Below, piece after piece: positions 48,848 to 59,600 of a stretch of 64,000 bases of DNA. Location of the stretch: positions 8,182,515 through 8,246,514 of the forward strand of contig CAJINV010000005.1 in NCBI GenBank assembly GCA_905178155.1, written 5' to 3'. The notes below the pieces were generated by a model. That model was not told the origin of the DNA. It did no database searches and saw only the letters and a list, made by a program, of their open reading frames with translations. Position numbers and translations under genes: made by a program. Origin of the DNA: Amoebophrya sp. A120. Lineage: Eukaryota > Protista > Dinoflagellata. Every line of letters starts with the position of its first letter. Within the stretch, counting starts at the first letter, position 1.

Positions 48848-51800
48848 ATGGGCGAAAATCCCCCGGATAGTGGCAGCGCTGACACTTTACCGGCTGCGGA
48901 ACTAGCTCGTACAAGTCCGGAGCAAAATACAACTGCGAAAGTGGAGTTAATAAAGCCCCCGGTTGCTACAACTACAACAGCTGCAGCCGCAGCCGCTTCT
49001 CCAACATCACCCATGCAACCAAGTGCAGCTTCTCCACCTGCTCCAGGTGCTGCAGAGCAAGCTGCATCTCCACCCCCAGTTCAAATCCCCTCTCCGGGTG
49101 GAACAGCTGTAACAGCAACAAATCCCCCAGCACATCCAACAGCTGCCCTCAGTCCCGGCATGGCGGCCGCGTTGCCCATGGCTTTGTCTCCCCAGCACCA
49201 GGAAAAACTACAGTCGGATAACGAGTATAAGATGCAGATGATGAACCTGCTCTACGCGCAGAACGCGTACATGCTGACGACGATGGAATTGCTACAGTGG
49301 CAGAGTGTGTATGCGTTGCAAAAGTATCTATACTCGTATAAATGGCAAGGCTGCATGACAGGTTCGCTTTCTTAGCTGAATCTGCATGACAAATTGCATT
49401 TTTGTTCCTGCGAAAATTTGTAATGCAATTTATACAAAGTGCGATACTTTTGCAATGCATAATGTGTACCAGAACTTGCAAACCGCGTACAAAGAGGAGC
49501 AAATGATGCAGTCCATGAATCAATACTTCGCGTTGACGCAAAACACGGCCTACTACGCCGGAATGATGGCGCAGGCGGGGATTCTAGGCGGCGGCGGTGT
49601 AGTTCCTCCAATACAACACCCGGCCACAACCCCGCTTGGAGGTGTGCCTCCGTTGTACACGACTGGGGCATCTACCGCTTCACCGCTTGGCGGTCCACCA
49701 CCGCGAGCGGGATTATATCATCATCCTGGGGCGGGTGGTCTTCCTCCTGCTGGTACTCCGACGTCGCCGAGCGGAAATCATTCTGGTGCTGGCATTGCGG
49801 GGGCGAGTAGACCTGGCGTAGTAGGGGGGACGCAAAAATCGTCCAGCAGCAGTGGTGGGAAGGAGAAGAAATCGTATAAATTTATTTTCGATATTGATGG
49901 AGGTGGTTGTGTTTTTATTTCCTTGCAACTACACGATGAATCGGTGGTACTATGTGTGCAACAGCAACATGACAAGAAGTGTATGACTTGTAACTTTCGC
50001 ACCACAAATTTTCAAAAAATTGTTCAGTGTCTTCTGCCGTCACGCGCCACAGCACATGACGATCCCTTCCTACCGCGACGACCCACAGTATCGAGAGACC
50101 GTTTTTCAGCATGCAGGAAGTACCGGCAATACGCCCACAGCCGGCACAGGACCTCCAGGCGGAGTTTCATCTGCGAGTACCACTTCTAGAGGGTCGTCGT
50201 TCAGAAAGCAGCCCGTGACCAATCTCCGGGGGGAATTCGACGAAACGGGGAGACAGAAACGCCCCGCGTTTCTCCCGGCGGACCACATCCCTTTCTCCCC
50301 CAAATCTGGGAAGCACAAGATTCGGCTACCGGGCGAGTCGGAGGACGAGGAAAAGGAGGAAAAGCCGACCTTGAGACAGAGGATTTTTGGCGGAGGGAAG
50401 AAGAGTACTAGTAAAACGAAGACAGCTAGTAGTACTTCTTCCTCTACTGCGAGTAGAAGTGCAAGTGCCGCGACCTCTTCTGCAGATGGGAACGGATCGG
50501 GATCAACATCTTCGTCCCCACGGAAAGAAGGCAACGAAAATAACGGAGACCCCGATGGCCCTACTGCAGTTGAGGAGACAGCGGAAGAAAAAATGAAGCC
50601 GAACAGCAAGTACCACAAGCAATTGGAGGAGAAAAAAAAGCTCGGGGAGGTCTCCTTGACCGCGCAGGAGGAAAAGGATCTGAAGACGTTGAACGAAAAG
50701 AAGAAGAAAAACAGCTGGTGGAGGAGATACCGGGTCGGGTTCGTGCTCAAAATCGCGCTGATTATGGTGTTATCAAATGTAAAAATGTCTGGGTCTGCAA
50801 GACTGCGCGATTTGTCATGCAGCTTTTCCATGACCCATGAGGTCTGGAATGCAGGACCTAGCATGACAGAGTCTGTGTGATCTTTCTCATGCCTATCCTG
50901 CATGAGAAACTGCCTCCCGACTTCGTCAACACTACACGACTTTTGGTAATCATGCAACACAGATTTTTGCATGCTTCCGATTTAGCATGACAAGTTGCAT
51001 TCTTCCAGACCCAGACATTTTTACATTTGATAGGTGTTGCTGGAAGTGAAACTGGGCTGGTTTCTGGTCTACATGGTCGGCGTCGTGCTGTTCTTCCTCG
51101 GGTATTGTGTTTTGCTTTTGATCCGTACAACTCGATTATACGTGCATGTTTGCAAACAGAAATTTTTTGGTTTTGAGTTTTCTTTGTAATGCCGGTGCTC
51201 TGATGTACGTGAAAACATGCTCGGGTAGAGGTTTTGATGTGCAACATTTTTGCAATGCAGCAAAAACATCTATTATTTTCGCAATACAACAACCTAACAC
51301 ATCAGTTACCTCGATTTTTTCGAGTCCTGGGCGAACAACACGACGAAAAAATTTCCGCCTCTCTCCGAGCAACTTCTCATGTTGGCCTCCCTGCGGGAAA
51401 AGCTGCGTATGGACTCCATGAAAAATGAGGAGAGGGAGCGAAAGCGAAAGGGGTACAGAGAAGCCGGGGAGGAAGTATCAAAGAAAAAAGTGTTAACCTT
51501 ATACGGTTTCCAGAGATTGCAGCTATGCATGACAGATTTTTCCTAGAATGCATGCTATGCAATACGAATTCAGGTGGCACCGTTTCTGATGCGGTCCTGC
51601 ATCACAAATTTCGTTCACGTTAACGCTTTTTCCTGTGATAGCAAGTGCCGGAGTTTCTGCTGGAGAAGAACGATGAAAAAGAGTCGGCGCCAAAGTACCT
51701 TCCAGGGACAGAACCAGAGGGGGTGGAAAAGAAAAAGACAACAACTGAAAAAACAACTTCATTCTCTAGTACAACAACTTCAAGTTGTAACTCTGAAAGT

Positions 51801-52382
51801 CCGACGAAAGTAGAACCAGCAGCGAAAGATCCCCAAGGGGGATTGGAATTAACCGAGCAAAAGTCGTCGTCGTCAACATTAACTTCTGACCCCAATCCCA
51901 ACGAGCCCGAGCAAAATGCTTTCTCGCCGGAAGACGGGGCGAAGGGGGGTGCAGCTTCGAAGGCAGAAAACGACGGTTCTACTCCCTCTTTTAAAGAAGG
52001 AACAACCTCTACATCAAAGGAAAAGAACGAGGAGAAAAACAAGCCAGAGGAAGAGCCTGTGGAAAAGCCTTTCAACTACAAAGACCCCTGCCTCCTTGTC
52101 ATACCCGATAACCAATACGGGAAACACTTTTTCTATCAACTGGTCATCTGTTTCCTGTTCACCTTAAACCCCGCGTGGACACCCAATCCGGTAAGACTCG
52201 GGCTCTACTGCCCGGGTTGTCTGGGGGATGAGGAGCCCGGAGCGGAAAAGAAAGATGGAAATAACGCGAATAATGCCGGTGCTGATGCGAACAATGCTGG
52301 TAATGCCGAGGGCGGTGGCGACGATAACGACGGGGCTGGAGCGGGGCTGGCCGGGTTTCTGTTCGACGACGCGGCGGGCTAA
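48848..52382 (+). CDS. Membrane protein with Pro/Ala-rich N-terminus and hydrophobic C-terminal segments (weakly HERP/Usa1 C-terminus-like); 3 introners + GT-AG introns 49874-50027, 51102-51305
   Basis: Spliced FVLKIALIMVLLEVKLGWFLVYMVGVVLFFLGYLDFF and FFYQLVICFLFTLNPAWTP; TAA 52380-52382. Confidence 0.65.
49310..49461. mobile_element. Introner family E
   Basis: TIR; TSD GTGTG/ATGTG. Confidence 0.9.
50771..51032. mobile_element. Introner family A
   Basis: TIR; TSD GGTGT. Confidence 0.9.
51476..51640. mobile_element. Singleton introner
   Basis: TIR AAAAGTGTTAAC/GTTAACGCTTTT; TSD GGAAG/GCAAG. Confidence 0.85.
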
Positions 52383-53629
52383 AAATGAATAGGGAGAGGA
52401 GATGTTGGTCTACTTTTTCAGATGATGAAAACAACTACTGCCAAGGGGGTTTTTTGGTACTAGCAGATGAACTGGTTTCCTTTTACTAGTACAACTACCC
52501 CGTATATGTATGTTGAGAGTTGAGACCACCCCTCTAAGTTCAGCCCGAACGACAGATCGAGGTCGACTTCAAAGAAGTAACAGAGTCGAGAGTTTACCAC
52601 CTCAACACCACAGCGACCAAATCTTTATCTAAGTGTAGTACCACGTTTTTTCCAAAATAACTTGAAAGTATCGACGATGTCTAAAGTAGTATTCTATTCA
52701 CAGTTGTCACAGATGAAGATGAAACTTTATCTCAAGCCAAGAGTCTATGGCTGATTGACGAGACTAGACTTTTCCTTGAGCTACAGTCTGAAGATGGACT
52801 GAAAATACACCCAAAAACCGAAAGAAACCTGAAATAGTACAAGAGAGGTTGCTGCATCGCAGAACTTTTTCAAAAACGATAAAGCGACATCAAGTCATTT
52901 AAATACCAGAGCGACAAAATCAACAATAGAAGTAAAGGACAGCAGGAGCAGCACTTGTGGTGGTCTTTTTTCGGATGAATGCTGGCTGTTCCAAATGTTC
53001 AGAATGTTGTTGCGCTTGACCGACGCAGGTAAGTTGTATTGCGTGCAAAGGAAAACACGATCTATAGCGTCAATGTAAGTAGTACAATCGTAGAAGACGA
53101 GTTGGAGGAATGAGGAGTTCGCGGCGCAAAGATCACCTACAAGAAATCTAATCAGGGTTTGAGGCTTGCTGTAGCGGTAGGCAGCTTTTACTGGCGGAGA
53201 ATATTACAGACGAAGCTACAACAACACTCCGCATCTTCCCGCATAGTATCCTCCAGTCGTTGCTCTTGTCACAGAACAACAGTATCTGGCACACTACCAA
53301 AACCAATTATCCTCACAGGAAGCAAGTTAAGTGGCGGCTACCACCTTAGGCATTCGCAGCGACAGCTTTCTCAGTACAGTTTTCATTCAAATCGCTTGTA
53401 TTCGCGCTTTTAGTTGCTCATCCATTCTTCTAGATCAAGTAACCCCAAATAAGTATAAACAAAACCTAGCGAGACGTTCTTATACGATATACGAGTTTTT
53501 ATATCAACTGTACCCACCTCCAGTAGGCTAATCTAATGACAGCTCGGAGCGAGATCGTCGGATAGAAAGCGTTCCCATGGCAGTGAAAAGAACCCCGAGA
53601 AGCCAAAAAAAAACCCAAAATAAGTAAAA

Positions 53630-56600
53630 ATGTTCGTCCCCGGGCGGCGCATTGCGCCGAACACGAAGCAGGAGGCGCAGATTTTGCTGCAGTTTCAGAA
53701 AACCTTATTGAACGCCTCCTGTCCCGCTATGAACAACATTGGGAAGGAAATTTCCCGGAAAAAAAAGGAGTTCGTCTTAGCACTCCACGAATTAGACTAC
53801 GACGAGGGGAGGAAGATGGAATTTGTACAAAAGGAGAAAGAAGAGGAGGAGCGGAAACTATTAAACAGCAAAAACCTCGTCTCCTCGGTGGCCACCAGTT
53901 CTTGTGCCAGCCCTGGGGCGGGAGGAGAAGAACCTCCTCCTGTGAAAACGAAGACGAGCTCCTCGAGCAACGAGAATAACAGTCCCTCCTCGACGAAGTC
54001 CTCATTCCCCGAGACCTACCTGATCATGATCAAAGTGAACAAGGACGAAACGCTGCTCCGGTTAGCGAAAGAGCAGCAGTTCCCCCGCGGTTGCCCGTTT
54101 TTGTTCTTCCCGAAAGAGAACAGAGTACTCTCTTTCGGTTTCTACCCGAAATTTGGACACGACTACAACGTGGAGAAGGATCGAAAATCCGGGAAAAACA
54201 GAATCAAACCTGTCGTGCAAAAATCGAACGAATTTGCGGAGTTTTTTGAAGAAGCGTTGAAGCAGAAAACGGTCGACTCGGACGACGAAAATTTACGACT
54301 TTTAGTCGACCCGAGGGTTAAGCAGAATAAGGAGGAGGAGAAGAAGATCCGGATGTTTTGCCTGAAAAAATACTCGGGGTTTCTCTCCATTTTGATCGCG
54401 TGGGAGTGGAAAAAGGAATTCTTCTACACAGTGACCTCGAAGAACTCCGCGGATTTTTTCGTCGACACAAAACTCCAACAGCAATTCATCAACGGTTTTG
54501 ATAACAACACGAATTTCGTGAAAATCGGCCTAGAGCAGTGGCGGAATTACATGTCCGACGCGCGATGTAAGAATTCTTGGGTGAAGCGGGAGCAGTTGTT
54601 TATCCAACACCTCGCGAAGCAAAATCTCTGTTGCACGGCTATGACCCGCTCAGGTGTTACAATCTCAAGCGTTACAATAGAATCTGAGATCTGTCTTGCA
54701 TGATGAGCATGACAGACTCGCATAGCGTTCCACTTTCTGCAATACAGATTTCGCCAGATTGTAGTAGGGTTTGGGGCTCCGGAACTTCTCATGCGCAGTC
54801 CTATGAGGGTTGGCCAGATCATGCAATCTTGCATCACAGATTTCCATACTCTATTGTAACGTTTGAGATTGTAACACCTGAGCAGGTTATAACGGCGGAA
54901 GTGATGAGCAAGCAGGACGAGACCCACGGCACGAAGGTATCAACTGCAAATATGTCTGGGTCTGGAAAATAAATGCAAGCTTGTCATGCTTGTCTGGCAT
55001 AACTCAGAAATCTGTGCTGCATGAGCAGGAAAAGGGCCTCTTGCCTGTCATGGAAAAACGCAGTTTGTCATGCGGAGAGCGAAATATAAAGGAGCCCAGA
55101 AACTTGTCATGCGTTGCTGCGTATTGCAGTGCGCCCACCAGACACAGCCTAGCATCACAAGTTTCCAGACCCAGACATAATTGCAATGCATAGGAGGTGA
55201 AGCAGGACGATATGGTGATCACGGGCGTGTTTGAGGGTGCGAAAGATCACGAGAAGGAAAAACACAGGCTGTCCACCCCGAAATCGGTGTTAGACATGGT
55301 GAAATTCTGCAACGAATGGAATCTGCCGTGTCAAAAGGTGGTTGGGATCGGGGAGTCGTTAAATGAAATCAACCGGTTTTACAACAAATTGTGGGAAAAG
55401 AAGGACTTCATGACGGACGAGAAATTTGAGGAGTTTTTGGAAAAGGAGGCGAAAGCGACGCTCGGGTTTTACGAGAAATTTATCCTCGGGATGATGAACA
55501 TCAACAGTGGTAGCTGCAATAGTAATCTGAAAACAACCAGCGGCGCTGGTGCACAACAGAACAACAAGCAAGCCTCCTCCTCGTCCTCCAGTTCGAGAGT
55601 AAATCCGAATGATGGCAAAAATCCAGACCAGCAGAACAAAGTACAACTAGACAAGCACTGTTTCGTCCACCACAAGGACATTCTGGGCGATTGCCTAGAG
55701 GGGGTGATCATCATCGTTCAAACCACCACCGGCGACATCAAGTCCATGCGGAAGTTGAAGTTTCCGAATTACATGTGCCGGATCCAACTGCGGGAGTGGA
55801 TGAAAAACTTGAAACAGACGGCGAACTTCGCGCTGCAAAAGGGGAAAAATTCGCCGAATATGATAACTTCGTGTATCGCGAACAAAATCTATCCTGAGTA
55901 AAAATCCCCCCTCCCCATATCGAAAAGGTATGCTTCCGAAAATTTGCGTTGCTGATTTGAGGTCGCAAATCACATTTGTATTGCAAGAAGACAAGGGCAG
56001 AAGCTTCCGCCCCACTATGGAAGCGATTTGTCATGCTGCTGGCCCTAAAAGTGACCCGCTTGCCATGCTGAACAACTAGACACATACGCCCCTAACTAGC
56101 CTGGAGATCTGCCCGAAATGCCTCTCTGCAATACAAAGCTGATCTGTGTACGCAAATCCAGCATCAGAGACTTCCTTTTGATATGGGGAGGGGGGATTTT
56201 TCCTTTTGATAAAATCTCCACTTTCACCATGAAGTGGTGCGCCACGGAGATGGGCAGAAAGTACTGGCTATCCTGTGCAAAAGTATAGGATTCGTAGTAA
56301 TTGCAGTCATGCATTACAAGTTTCTTTCGTAAGGTAAATCCGCATGACAAATTTTATTTCTCATGCTAAGGGAATTTGTAATGCATTTATACGAGTACGA
56401 TACTTTTGCAATGCATACTGGCGGGCGTGGCTGTACCGGGCCTGTGTGTTGCACTACGAGAACAGCATCAGCAGTATCGTTTCGAGCGGGAATTCTTTGG
56501 TAAAAAACCACATCGCGCTGGCGGAAGCCACGGAACACCAGTGTCAGAAGGAACGGGAGGGAAAAGAGAAGGAAAGGGAAGAGAAAGAGAAAGAAAATAA

Positions 56601-59600
56601 ACAGAATCTACTTGATGTTCCAAGTAGTACTTTATCGGGTGATAAGAACAAAAGCAGCACAAATAAAGTCACAACTGTTGTTGTTCCGGCACCGAACACA
56701 GCCCTGGAGACGAAATTCCGGGCGATTTTCGAACAGAAGTTGAGGGACCCGAAGTTGTCGAAACTCCTGATCTTGGTTGTCGGCCCAGTCGGCTACGGGA
56801 AGTCGAGCTTTGCCCGTCAGATGGTGGAGAAGTTGAATAACAATATTTTTAATAACCAGAGAAGTTGCACTTCTTCTTCTGCCGATCAGAACAGCAAAGA
56901 CGACCAGAATTATTGTACCACAGCTTCTTATGGATGTGTCAGGATCGAAATCGACAAAATCGAAAAACTTGTGATGCATAAAATGTAGAGCACTGAAGGC
57001 CTGTATTGGGGAGCAGGCATATGAGGCCGATTGTAAGCCTGTTTAGGGGTATGCAATGCGCTGCCAGAGTAGCATGACAGGAGCAGTCTTCTTTCCCTAA
57101 ACAGCATGACAGACTGGATTTTGGTGCTCCCGAAATTTGTCATGCGCCACTCGAAAACTGAGGTTCCAACTGACATCGATTTTGTGCATCACAAATTTTT
57201 CGATTTTATTGTGAATTTCGATTTTGACACTCCCATACTTCTACTCTGATCCACATCGACGGTGATGATTTGGGGCTGGTGAACCACAATGTTAAAGCGG
57301 GGGCACCATCATCATCTGCAAGAACTTCATCAGACGACAACGGCGCTCCTGCAACAGCGAATTATGCAGCAGGGATAAAATCGACTTCTGGTTCTGCCTC
57401 GTCCGGAGGTTTATCCCTGTCCAAGATCGCCAACCGGCTGAAGCACGAGCGGCAGGAGCTCACTTTCTTCCGGTTAGTGCAAGCCATGACGGAAAAGAAA
57501 GTCCCGGTGCTCTCTTGCGGTGGCGTATCAAGTGCAAAAATGTCTGGGTCTGGACGGGTGCAACTTGTGATGCGCATTTCACAACACACAAAAATCTCTC
57601 ACGCATAGGCAGCAAAAGGCGCCCACCTCCTGTAACCAAACTAGTGGATTTGTCATGCGGATTGGGCAATGCGGAAGGTCCTCGAAATCTGTCATGCTAG
57701 GGCTTCCATGACAGACCTTCTGCGTCATGCAAAAACAGCATGACAAAAATCTGCATTCTTCCAGACCCAGACGTATTTGCATGTGATACGGCGGGGTGCT
57801 GTACGACACCGGCAGCTCGAACGGCAATGCGGGGTTGAACGCCCCTACGGCCGGCGGGCAGACCGGCTCCGTTTCCACGTTTGAAATGCGGCTGCGAAAC
57901 TGGTTTCGGTCCGTCTTGCCGCAGTTTGAATTGAAAATCGTGACATTTTTACCGGTATCAAATGCAAATATGTCTGGGTCTGGAAGGATGCAAGGTTTGT
58001 CATGCTTGTCTGGCATAACTGAAGAGTTTGTGATGCGTGTCCAAGAACAGACCCTTTTGCTTGTCATGCAAAACGCATTTTGTCATGCGGAAAGCGCAAC
58101 ATTAAGCAGCGCAAATATGATTTCTCATGCTTGGCTGTGGATTACAGAGAAATCACTACTCAAAACTCAGCTTTACAATACAAGTTTCCAGACCCTCGAG
58201 ACATATTTGCAATGCATAACCGGGCGGGTATTATTCCGAGCGGGTGTTGCAGCCGAAAGGGCCGAAAAGTGGTTCTACTTCGGTACATCAGGAAGTAGTG
58301 AACAACAACGCGTGGGAAATCATGCAGAAGGGCTTTGTCAAAGACTACGCGAATTCAAAAACCGTACAGGAGACGGTGCGGAGCCGGTTGGCTCGCGGGG
58401 AGTGGGAGTTGGAGGATAAGCACGACGAGGATCTTCACGAAGAAAGTGAGGAAGAAGCTCTTCCTGGTGTTTCTGTTGATTCAAGCAAGGACGAACGCAT
58501 GATGAGGACAAACAACTCGGAAAAGAACGACCAGCAACAAGGTGCACAACCTGTCCGCGTCAAAAGCTACGACAAAATCTCCACCTCGGCGTCTCACCGA
58601 ACGGAGCGGGATCGGGATAACGCTGCTCGTGACCACCGTGATAAAAATTATGCTCGTGACAATGCTCGTGACCACCACCGTGATAGAAATGCCCGTGAAG
58701 GCCGCGACCGGGACCGTGATCATACGTCTCGCGACCGTAGTCCGAGGAGGAACTACACCCGGTTTGCGATGGAGAATGACGAAAGGGAAAAGCCGGGGAC
58801 GAAAAGTGTGATCAGCTTCAGCAAAGCGTTGGAACAGGAATTCGTGAGCAAAATCGTGAAGCTCAGCTCCAAAAACGTGCGGTTCGCCAAGAAGTTGATG
58901 CTGGACTCGGATTTCGTCTATCATTTATGCATTGCAAAAGTATCGTGCTTCTAGTATAAATCGCATGACAAAGTTCCTCAGCATGAAAAATAGAACTTCT
59001 CATGCTGATTTACCCTTGGGAATCAGATTTGTCATGTATATCTGCGATTAGTACGAGCGCGATGCTTTTGCATTTGATATCACTACCCCCGGATCGAGTG
59101 GAACGAGAAGAAGAACAAATTGAGTCCCATCGACTGGGACGTGTGTCTGAAGGATGTATACGGCGAGTGTCAGCCGGTGGTGGTGGGAAATAAAAGGACT
59201 ACCTCAAGCAAAGAAAAGGAAAACAAAGAGGACGGAACGAAGAATAAGAACGAAAGCAAGGAGAAGGAGAACAATAAAGGGGATACAGCTAAATTTGAAG
59301 ATACAACTGTCCCGAAGTTGTACAACGGCGTGAAGGAGTTTGAGTTGAACCACCTAGCCCGGATTTTTAATACAGGAGCCGCGTCTAGAGGTAGAACCAC
59401 ATCCACGTTGCAGCAGCAGGGGAAGGACCTTCATAGTAAGACTGGGGCGACAACGTCTTCTCATGCAGGGGCTGCTGCAGCTGCATCAACAGCAACAGCA
59501 TCTAGTTCTTCTTCCAACAAAATCACCACCACTGAGAACACCAATTCCACCACCCTCTACCGCTTCCACCAGATCCGGTGCTTGGCCTATGTCGCTCCGC

